DNA of 63,103 bases, filler included, from Candidatus Woesearchaeota archaeon (GCA_003695265.1; 6 parts of 6 records of this genome joined end to end with filler, not necessarily neighbours in it); one strand, 5' to 3'. Shown: positions 9,862 through 19,868, counted from the whole stretch's first letter. Notes: generated by a model not told the origin, from the letters alone. Program-made: numbers and translations.

Positions 9862-10028
9862 TTTTATACATAAATGACCCATAATAATGTATTCATTATA
9901 TGGTGGTAAAACATAAGTTATATATAAATTTTTTGATTAGTAATCACTAAATAGTTATAACAGCATATGAGAAATCAAGAATTTGGAAATAGAATAAATT
10001 TAAATAAGGGCATTTCTATAATTAGCAT

Positions 10029-10583
10029 ATGCTCCAAAAAATACAAAACGAGATAGACTCATTGCCCGATAACTTTATTGTAGGCATAGTCACGAAATCA
10101 GACAAGTATGAGAAGGTCAACCTCCACATTCTTAACATGATGCTGCACCAGAAAGGTCATTTTGGCGGTTATGTTGCTGTGAACAGGCCTTACAAGAACA
10201 TGGTTGAGCTTCTTACAAACCAGAACATGGATTTCTCAAACCTTTTCTTTATTGACTGCATAACACAGAAGCTCGGCGGCAGAATAACAAATGATGAGAA
10301 CTGCGTTTACATAAACAGCCCGTCAAACCTCACTGACCTTGCGATTGCCTTGCACAACTTTGCAATTGCAGAAGTGAACGCGAAAAAGTTTTTGATGATT
10401 GACTCAATATCCACGCTCCTAATCCACAACGACCATGAGACAGTGCAGAAGTTCATCCATTACCTCACCGGCAAGATACGCTTGTGGGGCTTAAAGGGTG
10501 TGATGATAACATTGCATGAGGAAACAGACGAAAAACTGATAGCTGAGCTGAGCCAGTTCTGTGATAAGATTATCAGAGTATAA
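10029..10583 (+). CDS. KaiC/RecA-like inactive ATPase-fold protein
   Basis: FFIDCIT, SPSNLTDL, FLMIDSISTLLIHN, QFCDKII; no Walker A. Confidence 0.7.
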   Translation: MLQKIQNEIDSLPDNFIVGIVTKSDKYEKVNLHILNMMLHQKGHFGGYVAVNRPYKNMVELLTNQNMDFSNLFFIDCITQKLGGRITNDENCVYINSPSNLTDLAIALHNFAIAEVNAKKFLMIDSISTLLIHNDHETVQKFIHYLTGKIRLWGLKGVMITLHEETDEKLIAELSQFCDKIIRV

Positions 10584-10614
10584 ATTTAAATAATAATGTT
10601 TTTTCTCGCATAAG

Positions 10615-11607
10615 ATGAGAGGATTAGTAGAGCAGGCAAACAAGGTTTTTCTCGAGAACTTTAAGCCAGAGACATGTTTCGAAAGAGCAATATTCTATTC
10701 GTGGGCGTGCAAGCTTGATAAGTGCTGCACTTTTTGCTATATGTCAACTCTGCCAAAAGAACTGAGGACTAAGGAGCGCGTCAGAAGCATTCCTTCCCTG
10801 TTGGCAGAAACAATTATTTGCAAAAAGCTTGGCTGGGATTACGGCTTTTTATCAGGTGGCATTGGAGTTTTCAGCGATGAAAAAATGGTGAGGCTTCTCA
10901 AAGAAACAAACAAGATTTTAGGAGAAAAGATTTGGGTTAATATTGGTGTTTTGTCAAAAAAGCAAATGGAGAAGTTCAAGCCTTACATAAAAGGGGTTGT
11001 TGGTACGATAGAGGTTCTTGATCCTGGGCTGCACAAAAAGATTTGCCCTTCTAAGCCGATTGGGCCTGTCATAAATATGTTTAGGCAAAGCAAGGAGATC
11101 GGCTTGAAGAACGCAATGACTTTAATAGTGGGGCTGGGAGAGACAATTGAAGATTTCAAATTATTAGAGCAATTCATAAAGGAAAACAACATTTCAAAAA
11201 TTCATATTTATGGCCTTAATATTCAAGAAGGCACTGTTTTTGAGGGCCAAGATCCGCCGACAAAAGAGTATCAGGCAGAGTGGATTGCTCGGACAAGGAT
11301 TGCTTTCCCAAAGCTTGACATTCAGTGTGGAATATGGTCTGACCGCGCTGAATATGTTTGCATACTTTTAAAAGCAGGCGCCAATTCTATCAGCAAGTTT
11401 CCTGCTTTGCGAAAATTCGGCTCTGAAGCAGCAAAAAAAGTTGAGAATGAAGCAAGAAAAGCCGGAAGAAAGTTCAGAGGAAGCCTAACAAGGTTACCTG
11501 AGATTAATGTCGAGAAAGAAGTGGGGTGTATTGATAAGGAATACAGGAATCTGACCGCAAAAAAGCTAAGGCAGTATCTTAAGCAAATGATGAAGGGGAG
11601 TTCTTGA
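10615..11607 (+). CDS. Radical SAM protein, BioB-like family
   Basis: CKLDKCCTFC cluster motif, LSGGIG, IVGLGET. Confidence 0.8.
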   Translation: MRGLVEQANKVFLENFKPETCFERAIFYSWACKLDKCCTFCYMSTLPKELRTKERVRSIPSLLAETIICKKLGWDYGFLSGGIGVFSDEKMVRLLKETNKILGEKIWVNIGVLSKKQMEKFKPYIKGVVGTIEVLDPGLHKKICPSKPIGPVINMFRQSKEIGLKNAMTLIVGLGETIEDFKLLEQFIKENNISKIHIYGLNIQEGTVFEGQDPPTKEYQAEWIARTRIAFPKLDIQCGIWSDRAEYVCILLKAGANSISKFPALRKFGSEAAKKVENEARKAGRKFRGSLTRLPEINVEKEVGCIDKEYRNLTAKKLRQYLKQMMKGSS

Positions 11608-11674
11608 GTTTTTTGTATAAGAAACAAAAAAATTAGGGTTAAGTTAATTTTTAAGGATTGGGATAAAAAAATGG

Positions 11675-11775
11675 GTTAAGCAAATTTTGTTATGCTGAAA
11701 AAATTATGAAAGTGTTTAGTCCCGCCCACACCATCCAATTGCACGAAAGCTTTCTCACTTAAGTTGACAGCACCA
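11675..11775 (-). repeat. Dispersed intergenic repeat, copy 2
   Basis: TTAGTCCCGCCCACACCATCC...AAAGCTTTCTCACTTAAGTTGACAGCACC. Confidence 0.85.
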
Positions 11776-11822
11776 AAAAACCGAAAAATTTATATACTGG
11801 TTTTTACAATATTTATTACCAT

Positions 11823-12839
11823 ATGGTAGTAAAAATATTAATTAAATTGAGGAGAAGCATATCTAAGAGGATTCTTGCGAGCCTTCAGTACAGGACAGGT
11901 CTTTTTGCAGCCGCGAGAAAAGATGTTAGCACAGGCTATAATGCTGCCTGGATCCGCGACAATGTTTATGCTGCTATAGGCGCTGAGAAGTTTGATTTTA
12001 ACAGGGCAATAAAGGCCTATCATGCCTTGCTGGACATATTCTTAAAGCACGAGTACAAGATAGACTGGGCAATAAAGGAAAAGCCGGATGAGAAGTACAA
12101 GTACATTCACGCAAGATATCACCCGATTACATTTGATGAGTTTCACGAGGAGTGGGGCAACATGCAGAACGATGCTGTAGGCGCGTTCCTCTTCAAAGTA
12201 GGCGAGCTTTACGAGAAAGGAATTAACATAATCAGAAATGATGATGACAAGAGAATCCTGCAAAAACTGGTTTTTTACTTAGAAAGCATTGAGTACTGGC
12301 ACGATCCTGACAATGGCATATGGGAAGAGAATGAGGAAGTCCACGCTTCCAGCGTTGGCGCCTGCGTTGCAGGGCTTAAAAAAATAAGGAAAATAGTTAA
12401 TGTTCCTGAAGAATTAATCAGAAAAGGTCAGGAATCATTGAACAGGCTTTTACCGAGAGAGTCAGAAACAAAAGAAGTTGACCTGGCACTCCTCTCCCTT
12501 ATATACCCTTACAATGTTGTTACTCCTAGGCAGAGAGACAAGATTCTTGAGAACGTTGAGAAAACGCTTGTCAGAGAAAAAGGAGTTATAAGGTATTTGA
12601 ATGATCGCTATTACAATAACGGATCAGAAGCTGAGTGGTGTATGGGGTTTCCCTGGCTGGCAATCATTTACAAAATCATTGGGAACGAAGAAAAATACAA
12701 GTATTACCTAAGAAAAACGCATTCTGTCATGAACGCAAAAGGTGAGATTCCCGAGCTGTATTATGGAAAGACAAAGAGGTTTAATGAGAATACTCCTCTT
12801 GGCTGGGCCCAGGCGCTTTACTTGGTAGCAACTGCTTAA
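11823..12839 (+). CDS. GH15 family protein (phosphorylase kinase alpha/beta-like subgroup)
   Basis: AWIRDN, QNDAVG, PDNGIWEE, NENTPLGWAQA. Confidence 0.8.
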   Translation: MVVKILIKLRRSISKRILASLQYRTGLFAAARKDVSTGYNAAWIRDNVYAAIGAEKFDFNRAIKAYHALLDIFLKHEYKIDWAIKEKPDEKYKYIHARYHPITFDEFHEEWGNMQNDAVGAFLFKVGELYEKGINIIRNDDDKRILQKLVFYLESIEYWHDPDNGIWEENEEVHASSVGACVAGLKKIRKIVNVPEELIRKGQESLNRLLPRESETKEVDLALLSLIYPYNVVTPRQRDKILENVEKTLVREKGVIRYLNDRYYNNGSEAEWCMGFPWLAIIYKIIGNEEKYKYYLRKTHSVMNAKGEIPELYYGKTKRFNENTPLGWAQALYLVATA

Positions 12840-14530
12840 AGCTTATGACTGCTATGCACAAAAAACCTCTCAAAGTATTTTTCCAGCTGCTTCTTATTTG
12901 TCCTCTTCAATTTATCTATGCTCACTTTTTTCTGCAGCAGGTTCTTCAAAACTAGTGAGATGTGCTGGCCGCTCAGCATGTGTGGAAGTATTATGTAGTC
13001 TGCGCCAACGTTGTAATATTCAATCGCATCATCAATGTTGTTTGAGGAAACAAACACTTTTGACTTTGGGTTTGCCCTCTTAACATGTTTAATAAGGTAA
13101 AGGTTGTCCTTCTTGTTCGGCACAGTTGAGATCACAATATCAGAGAAGGTTATCTTTCCCAAGACATCATCGCTGTTAACATCACCATAAATGCAGGGAG
13201 TTCTTTCATTTATCAGGTTATTTATTATTGTTGGATCATAATCAATAACAAGAATGTCTTTTTTAAGCTCTTTTAATGTGTCAATCAAAACCCTGCCGAT
13301 CCTATGCCCTCCAAAGATTATTATTGGCTTCTTCAACCTTTTAGGGATGTATTCAAGTCTTTCCCTGTAATGAGGTATTTTATCAAAAACTTTAAGGATT
13401 CTATAAAACTTTTTGTAGAGGCCGTCAGCATGCTCTAAATAATATGATGAAACAGTCATTGAGATTATTGCCAGTAGTATTGTCAAAGAGAATATCTCAT
13501 AGGATATGTGGCCTAAAGAGAAGCCCTGCAATAGTATTACCAAGGCAAACTCGCTTATCTGCGCCAACGAAATTCCTGTCATAAACGCCGTCCTGGTCTT
13601 ATAGCCGAAAAATTTGATGAAAATAGTGATCATTATAGGCTTGAAAATGATTATTACAAGAACCAGCACTATCAAAGTTGATAGGATATTTGAGAAATTG
13701 AAAACGTTTAAAGTTAGTCCTAATGATATAAAAAAAAGCGTCGAAAAAAAGTCCTTTATTGGTTTTATCTTGCTCATCACCTCAAGGTTGTAGTCAGAGC
13801 TTCCAAGGACAACGCCGGCAACAAATCCTCCGATAACAACTGAGAACCCTGACAGGTGAAATGCCAAGGAGAATAGGAACAGCACGCCGAGCGAGCTAAG
13901 GAAAAAAAGCTCTTGTGACTTAGCTGCAAACGAGAAAATAATTGGGACCAGCCTAATAGCAAAAACGTACGCAAAAATAAAGAGGGCGGCGCCTTTAAGC
14001 AATGAGTAAAAGAAAAGAAGAGGTGTCATTTCAGGCGTTGAAAGCACCAAGAGTGCGAGCACGGCCGCCAAGTCCTCGATGAGAAGTATTCCCAGAACAA
14101 CCCTTCCGTGAAGCGTGTCAAGAACGCCCTTGTCCGATAAGAGCTTGACAGCAATCATTGTTGAGCTGAAGCACAAAGTCAAGCCTATGTATATTGCCTC
14201 TAATTTCAGAAAGCCCATCATAATGGCTATTACGAATCCTGTGCTGAAAAGCATGGCTATCTGAATGAGTCCGCTCGTCAGGAAAACAGGGCTTTCCTCT
14301 TTTATTTTCTTAAGGTTTATCTCAAGACCTGCAATAAACAAAAGGAAAGCAATGCCTATCTCAGAGAATGACTTAATAGTTTCAGGGTTTTTAATAAAGC
14401 CAAACCCGAGTGGCCCGAGAATAAGCCCTGCAGCAATGTAAGACAGAATCATAGGTTGTTTTAATCCCCTGCTTATGTAAGCTAAAATGGTGGCTAGAAT
14501 TATGACTGCTCCAACTTCAACCAAAACCAT
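12836..14530 (-). CDS. CPA2 cation/H+ antiporter with C-terminal KTN/RCK domain (Kef-type)
   Basis: Many TM helices; FSSTMIAVK, LLIEDL, QISEFA; GGHRIG, IYGDV. Confidence 0.9.
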   Translation of the reverse strand: MVLVEVGAVIILATILAYISRGLKQPMILSYIAAGLILGPLGFGFIKNPETIKSFSEIGIAFLLFIAGLEINLKKIKEESPVFLTSGLIQIAMLFSTGFVIAIMMGFLKLEAIYIGLTLCFSSTMIAVKLLSDKGVLDTLHGRVVLGILLIEDLAAVLALLVLSTPEMTPLLFFYSLLKGAALFIFAYVFAIRLVPIIFSFAAKSQELFFLSSLGVLFLFSLAFHLSGFSVVIGGFVAGVVLGSSDYNLEVMSKIKPIKDFFSTLFFISLGLTLNVFNFSNILSTLIVLVLVIIIFKPIMITIFIKFFGYKTRTAFMTGISLAQISEFALVILLQGFSLGHISYEIFSLTILLAIISMTVSSYYLEHADGLYKKFYRILKVFDKIPHYRERLEYIPKRLKKPIIIFGGHRIGRVLIDTLKELKKDILVIDYDPTIINNLINERTPCIYGDVNSDDVLGKITFSDIVISTVPNKKDNLYLIKHVKRANPKSKVFVSSNNIDDAIEYYNVGADYIILPHMLSGQHISLVLKNLLQKKVSIDKLKRTNKKQLEKYFERFFVHSSHKL

Positions 14531-14575
14531 GATGATACCTCTTTTTTAATAAGAAAAAAAGAAAAAGAATGTATA

Positions 14576-14675
14576 NNNNNNNNNNNNNNNNNNNNNNNNN
14601 NNNNNNNNNNNNNNNNNNNTTAATTAATTAANNNNNNNNNNNNNNNNNNNNNNNNNNNNNNNNNNNNNNNNNNNN
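14576..14675. other. Artificial contig-joining spacer
   Basis: N-run + TTAATTAATTAA + N-run, 100 nt; same spacer at 32998, 45739, 54877, 57742. Confidence 0.97.
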
Positions 14676-14937
14676 ACGAGAAATGTGCTTCGCACATTTC
14701 TGGGGTGCCAGAAATATACAATTTCTGAGCACCTTTGCCGAGCGTAACTAGCGAAAAAGTTTGTTTCGAACCCCGGATCCCAAGCTCTCTTCAACCAGAA
14801 TGGTTTAGGAGGCTTGTGCCTTATTTGCCCAAAGCTCTGGTCTTGCTCGTGGGGTTTCACGTTCAACTGTGAATGCCCCACTTGACCGCTTTGCATCAAA
14901 GCTTTACTAAAGCTTTGCCAGACTAGGCTACAGGTCC
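14676..14937 (-). tRNA. tRNA-Arg(CCT) with three introns: D-loop 14825-14917, anticodon 14787-14805, T-loop from 14764 into the gap (3' end missing)
   Basis: GGACCTG TA GCCT AGTCTGG|ATA AGGC A CAAGC CT CCT A|A GCTTG GGATC CGGGG TTCGAA|. Confidence 0.85.
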
Positions 14938-15014
14938 GTATTAAACCCTTTTTAAATTGTCATTTATTAATCTTTTGCATAGAATTTAAATAATTAACAA
15001 TTTTTAGTTTAAGC

Positions 15015-15968
15015 ATGATAATCAAGCAGAAGCCTTCTGATTTCATTGTAAGAGAAGTTATAAAGCTCAAAAAAGAAAACAGGGGGAAATATTGCTATGT
15101 GAAACTGACAAAAGAAAACATGAATACAGAGGATGCTGTGGCAAAAATAGCAAGAATTCTTGGGCTGAGAAGAAAAGATATAGGGTATGCTGGCTCAAAG
15201 GATAAGCATGCTGTCACAGAGCAGGCTATATCAATAAAAGGCGTTTCAAGGGAGAGGGTTGAGAGATTAAGAATAAATAATATTAAAATTGAATTCCTTG
15301 GCTTTGGCAATGAAAGAATAAGCCTCGGAAGCCATGAGGGCAACGAGTTTGAGATTATTGTGAGAGATGCCGAGCCGCGTTTAAAAAGCGTGAAAGAAAT
15401 ACCGAATTATTTTGACGAGCAGAGATTCAGCAGGAATAATGTTGAGATAGGAAGGTTGATAATAAAAAGGAATTTCAAAGAAGCAGCTTTTATGTTAATG
15501 AATGAATATAAAGAAGTAAAAGAGCATCTTTCCGAGCAGAAAAATGATTTTGTTGGAGCTCTGAGAAAACTGCCGGAAAAAATATTAAAGCTTTACATTC
15601 ATTCCTACCAGTCGTGGCTTTTTAACATAATGCTTTCTGATTACATAAGAAAGAATTCACAAAAAACGCGAATCGTTCCTTACAGCTTGGGCGATTTTGT
15701 TTTTCCTGAGATTAGAATAAAGAATAAGAAGCTGCCTTTAATAGGGTTTCAAACTGAAACAAATGAGGTAATGAAAAAGGAGGGGATCACAAACAGAGAT
15801 TTTATAATAAGGGAAATACCTAACATCAGCGCTGAAGGCTCTGAAAGGTGTGCTTTTGCAGAAGTAAAAGATTTTTCTATTGAAAAAGTGAAAGAAGGCT
15901 ACCTGTTAAAATTTTATCTGCCCAAAGGGAGCTATGCAACGATTGTTGCTAAAATGGTATTTTACTGA
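15015..15968 (+). CDS. truD: tRNA pseudouridine(13) synthase
   Basis: DFIVRE, YAGSKDKHAVTEQ, GNEFEI, NYFDEQRF, QSWLFN, LPKGSYAT. Confidence 0.95.
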   Translation: MIIKQKPSDFIVREVIKLKKENRGKYCYVKLTKENMNTEDAVAKIARILGLRRKDIGYAGSKDKHAVTEQAISIKGVSRERVERLRINNIKIEFLGFGNERISLGSHEGNEFEIIVRDAEPRLKSVKEIPNYFDEQRFSRNNVEIGRLIIKRNFKEAAFMLMNEYKEVKEHLSEQKNDFVGALRKLPEKILKLYIHSYQSWLFNIMLSDYIRKNSQKTRIVPYSLGDFVFPEIRIKNKKLPLIGFQTETNEVMKKEGITNRDFIIREIPNISAEGSERCAFAEVKDFSIEKVKEGYLLKFYLPKGSYATIVAKMVFY

Positions 15969-16176
15969 ACGGCTTGATGCCTTTCTCGCGCAAGAATTCA
16001 ACTGTGAATATGAGGATGAAAATAACTCCGAAATACCTTAGCAGGAGCGATATGATGTAAATGAACATTTTTGCTTCGTAGAACATTCTTATAAAAACAA
16101 GCGTTAAAACCTGTATGAAGAGTATTGCCAACGCGATTATGATCACATACTCAAGGTATTTGTTTTTCACATCCAT
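15949..16176 (-). CDS. Small membrane protein
   Basis: 75 aa, two hydrophobic helices; overlaps adk end. Confidence 0.6.
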   Translation of the reverse strand: MDVKNKYLEYVIIIALAILFIQVLTLVFIRMFYEAKMFIYIISLLLRYFGVIFILIFTVEFLREKGIKPFSKIPF

Positions 16177-16790
16177 TTTAGCCCGTCAACTATGTCGTTG
16201 AAAACCTCCTCAATCGGCTGCTCGCCGTTAACAGGAATGATCAGGTTTTGGTAGTATTCCAAAAGTTTTGAGGTTTGCTCGTGATAAATCTTAAGCCTTT
16301 CCTTTATTGCTTCTGGCTTGTCATCATCCCTTTGGAACAATGGCTCGCCACAAACATCGCAGACGCCCTCTTTCTTCGGCTTCGGGTAAATAGTGCTGAA
16401 AATATGGCCGTTCTTGCAGACACGCCTGCTCGACAGCCTTTTAGTCACCTCCTCATCAGAAACCTCTATGTTGATAACATTATCGATTTCAACTCCCATT
16501 TTTTTGATAAGCTCTGCTTGGGTAACATTTCTTGGAACGCCGTCAAGAATAAAGCCTTTCTCGCAGTCTGGCTTGCCAAGCCTTTCTTTGAGAATTTTTA
16601 TAACAAGATCGTCAGGCACTAGCTCTCCTTTGTCCATATACTTCTTTATTTCCTTCCTGAGATCAGAGTTAGAGTCAAGGGCCCTGAACAAATCCCCAGT
16701 AGATATGTGTGGTATATTATATTTCTTTGCGAGCATTTCTGCCTGCGTTCCCTTACCGGAGCCTGCAGGGCCAAGCATTATAAGCCTCAT
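16167..16790 (-). CDS. adk: Adenylate kinase (bacterial type, long LID)
   Basis: GPAGSGKGT, HISTGDLFR, GELVPD, GFILDGVPR, QRDDD. Confidence 0.95.
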   Translation of the reverse strand: MRLIMLGPAGSGKGTQAEMLAKKYNIPHISTGDLFRALDSNSDLRKEIKKYMDKGELVPDDLVIKILKERLGKPDCEKGFILDGVPRNVTQAELIKKMGVEIDNVINIEVSDEEVTKRLSSRRVCKNGHIFSTIYPKPKKEGVCDVCGEPLFQRDDDKPEAIKERLKIYHEQTSKLLEYYQNLIIPVNGEQPIEEVFNDIVDGLKWM

Positions 16791-16829
16791 AATCATTTTT
16801 AGTAACAAGCCAGTTTAAAAATTTAACTG

Positions 16830-17396
16830 TTACCAGTAAATTTTCCCTGTTTCCGCGTCAAGAACAGAGTAAGCCGCGCTCCTTATTGGTCCTGATTCTG
16901 TTATGTTGCAGGAATCCCACATTTCAGGCTTTGTGCAATTAACATTATCCCAATCGTGGCAGTGTTGAATTAAGACATAGATAACAGATCCTTGTCCTTC
17001 AGGAATGGCTTCTCCAAGGTGAATGAACAGGGTTCCGGGAGTATGGGCAGCGTTCCAAACGTAATCGGCAAATCCGTTGTAGTTGCTCTTCTCTTCATTG
17101 CAGAACGACCATATTGGAAGGAGGTCTGTCTCGTTAAAAGGCTCGAGCATAGGCCCGTCAATGCATGACATCATTGCTTTTCCGTCTTTTTTTTCAAGAG
17201 TCACAAGCTTCATCAGCCTGGACGAGTCGTTCAAGTCAAAAACGCATTGCCCTTTCCAAACTTCGTTCAGGTATTCTGAGCTCACAAAGTATTTGTAAGC
17301 GTCTTCAGCATTGTTAACAACAAGCCCCTGCTTGAAAGAGCAGGAAACAAGAAGAAGCGCGAAAAGTGTTATTTTCTTAAGATTTACTAAAGCCAT
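16830..17396 (-). CDS. Hypothetical lipoprotein
   Basis: Signal ending LVSC; several Cys; C-terminal LDAETGKI. Confidence 0.6.
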   Translation of the reverse strand: MALVNLKKITLFALLLVSCSFKQGLVVNNAEDAYKYFVSSEYLNEVWKGQCVFDLNDSSRLMKLVTLEKKDGKAMMSCIDGPMLEPFNETDLLPIWSFCNEEKSNYNGFADYVWNAAHTPGTLFIHLGEAIPEGQGSVIYVLIQHCHDWDNVNCTKPEMWDSCNITESGPIRSAAYSVLDAETGKIYW

Positions 17397-19195
17397 TTTT
17401 CTCTTGGCACTTTTTTCCAGTCAATTTTTGTCCTTTTCGCGCTCCACTCGCTCAATAATATCGCGGAGTTTATAATAGCAAGGTGAGTGTATGCTTGCGG
17501 AAAATTACCAACCAGTTTTTTTGTTTTTATATCTATTGCCTCTGAGAAAAGCCCGAGATGATTTCCCAAGCCGCAAAGGCGATCAAACATTTTGACCGCT
17601 TTCTCCTTTTCTCCTATTAAATAAAGCGCGTCGACAAGCCAGAATGAGCATATTGCAAACGCGCTTTTTGACACTCCAAAATCATCCTTCATTTTATAGC
17701 GCTGCGTCAGATAGCCTGTTCTCAGCTCATTGTAAATTGCTTGTACTGTTGATATTATTCTGGGGTCTTTGTAATCAAGGAATTCGTGGTAAAGCATGAG
17801 AAGAATGGAAGCATCTAGTATGTTGCTACCATAATACATTGTGAAAGCTCTTTTCTCTGAGTTCCAGCCTCTTGTTATGATGTCCGCGTATATTTTATCT
17901 CTTAATGGAAGCCACTTATGAACGAGCTTTTCCTGCCCGTATTTCTGTGCTATCTTTATTGCTCGATCAACACCAACAAAACACATCAATTTTGAGTAAA
18001 CGAAATGCTCATTTAAGCCTCGAAACTCCCAGATGCTCTTGTCTTTAAGGTTCCAGTAGACCCTTATTTTATTAACCAGGAATTTTAAGAACGCCCACAT
18101 CCCATTAGTCATTTTATCCTCATACTCATAATACACGTAGTAGAGATAAATTATGTCTATTATTTCCCCGAACAAGTCGTTCTGCCGCGTTATTGCAGCA
18201 TGATTGCCTATGCGGACAGGCCTTGAATTCTTGTAGCCTTTAAGATGCTTTAGTTCCCACTCACCATGTATTATTTCTCCGTGTATCCCATACAGGGTGC
18301 GGACCTGCCTTTTTTTCTTGTAAGTGTTGTTTAGAATGAACGTTAAAGCCCTTTTTGCCTCGTGGTTTCTGCCAATTTTCTTAAAAGTGTCCGCAACAAA
18401 AGCAGCGTCCCTAATCCAACAGAACCTGTAATCAAAAGTCCTGTTTGTGCCGACTTGCTCAGGAATTGAGGTCGTGGCAGCGGCGATTATTGCACCTGTC
18501 TCACTAAATGTTAAAAGCTTCAGCGTCAGCGCAGACCTTATTATTAATTCTCGATACTTCTTGGGTGTGATTAAGGTGCTTACCCATTTCTCCCAGTAAT
18601 TCTTGGTCCAGTAGTAGAGTATCCAGCATTTCTTTGTGCTGAACTCCTTAGGATCGTCCTTGCAGCCGACAACAAAGTATGAAGTCCTGTTCAGCTCGAA
18701 CTCTTTTCCATCAGAAACTTCTGCAATCCTGTTTGAGAAGAGGTATAGCTCCTGCTTGCCGTTCTTTGCAATTATCTTGTCTTTGTATTTTCTTATTGTT
18801 GTTTTTCTTCCGTAATTCAGTTTAGGGTTGTATACAATTTTTATTATTGGCTTTCCCTTAAGAGGCTTGATTATGCGGATTAGCCTGTTCTGCTTGAAAA
18901 CGTTCTTTCTTATTGTAGGAAGAATTTTCCTGTAGCGCGGCATGAAGTCTATAACTACAAAGCTGTCATTTTTAGATGTGAAGGTTGTTTCAAGAATGTT
19001 GGTGTGCCTCACGTACTTCTGAGTTGTTTTGTATCGGCCTTTGGGCTTTATCTCAAAAGAGCCTGCATCCTTGTCAAGAATCTTGGCAAAAACGCTTGGG
19101 CTTGAAAAAGTATCAAAGCACATCCATTCAACAGATGCTTTTTTGCTTATCAAGGCGCAAGTTTTGCAATTCCCGACAATCCCATAATTTAGCAT
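17387..19195 (-). CDS. GH15 glucoamylase/trehalase-like glycoside hydrolase
   Basis: YGIVGNCKT, AAATTSIPE, DYRFCWIRD, IWEFR, GLFSE, GNFPQAYTH. Confidence 0.92.
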   Translation of the reverse strand: MLNYGIVGNCKTCALISKKASVEWMCFDTFSSPSVFAKILDKDAGSFEIKPKGRYKTTQKYVRHTNILETTFTSKNDSFVVIDFMPRYRKILPTIRKNVFKQNRLIRIIKPLKGKPIIKIVYNPKLNYGRKTTIRKYKDKIIAKNGKQELYLFSNRIAEVSDGKEFELNRTSYFVVGCKDDPKEFSTKKCWILYYWTKNYWEKWVSTLITPKKYRELIIRSALTLKLLTFSETGAIIAAATTSIPEQVGTNRTFDYRFCWIRDAAFVADTFKKIGRNHEAKRALTFILNNTYKKKRQVRTLYGIHGEIIHGEWELKHLKGYKNSRPVRIGNHAAITRQNDLFGEIIDIIYLYYVYYEYEDKMTNGMWAFLKFLVNKIRVYWNLKDKSIWEFRGLNEHFVYSKLMCFVGVDRAIKIAQKYGQEKLVHKWLPLRDKIYADIITRGWNSEKRAFTMYYGSNILDASILLMLYHEFLDYKDPRIISTVQAIYNELRTGYLTQRYKMKDDFGVSKSAFAICSFWLVDALYLIGEKEKAVKMFDRLCGLGNHLGLFSEAIDIKTKKLVGNFPQAYTHLAIINSAILLSEWSAKRTKIDWKKVPREKWL

Positions 19196-19216
19196 TTTGG
19201 ATTTGGAATAATACTA

Positions 19217-19816
19217 CTATTTATTTCTTATGAGGACTTCCTGCAAAAAAGGGTTTGTCCTTTTCTCCCTGCCAATAGTTGAACTTCTTGCTTGGCCGTA
19301 ATCATGCCCAGGCCACACTTCCACCTCATCACCAAGACTAATTATTTTGCGCAGGCTTTCCGTCATCTGCTCTTTATTGCTGGTCGGAAAGTTTGGACCT
19401 GTGGCTCCTATGCCTCCAACAAAAAGCAAGTCCCCTGTTAGTAGTTTTTGGTTATTTATAAAGATGCAAATGTGGTCGCTTATATGGCCTGGTGTGTGCA
19501 GTATTTTTAGCTTTACCGAGCCGATACTGATTTCCTCGCCGTCTTTTACATAGTAATCGCAGGGCATTGCCGTTGACTCATGCATCATTATTTCTGCTTT
19601 TGTTTTGTCTTGAATCTCAACGTTTCCTGCGATGTGGTCTTGGTGGGAGTGTGTGTTGATTATGTACTTTACCTTGAACTCATTCGCTTTTATTATTTTG
19701 AGTATTTCTGAAGTGTCATAGCCCGGGTCAATAACAACAGCTTCTTTTGTCTTCTCATCTGCCACAATGTAAGAAAAATTCTTCATGTACTCTGATAGTA
19801 TTTGCTTGAAGAACAT
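19217..19816 (-). CDS. MBL-fold hydrolase (glyoxalase II-like)
   Basis: THSHQDH, HTPGH, TGDLLF, WPGHDY. Confidence 0.92.
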   Translation of the reverse strand: MFFKQILSEYMKNFSYIVADEKTKEAVVIDPGYDTSEILKIIKANEFKVKYIINTHSHQDHIAGNVEIQDKTKAEIMMHESTAMPCDYYVKDGEEISIGSVKLKILHTPGHISDHICIFINNQKLLTGDLLFVGGIGATGPNFPTSNKEQMTESLRKIISLGDEVEVWPGHDYGQARSSTIGREKRTNPFLQEVLIRNK

Positions 19817-19868
19817 TCTTTAAAGAAAATAAGCAAAATTTAAAAAATTTCCTTTTAATAATAAACCT

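Noticed and set aside
14576..14675. TTAATTAATTAA flanked by N-runs, five times
   Set aside because: Artificial all-frame-stop contig linker; ORFs running into X residues are truncated or artefactual.
14624..14899. ORFs at 14624-14899, 45348-45653 and 45421-45666
   Set aside because: They overlie intron-containing tRNA genes and have no protein features.
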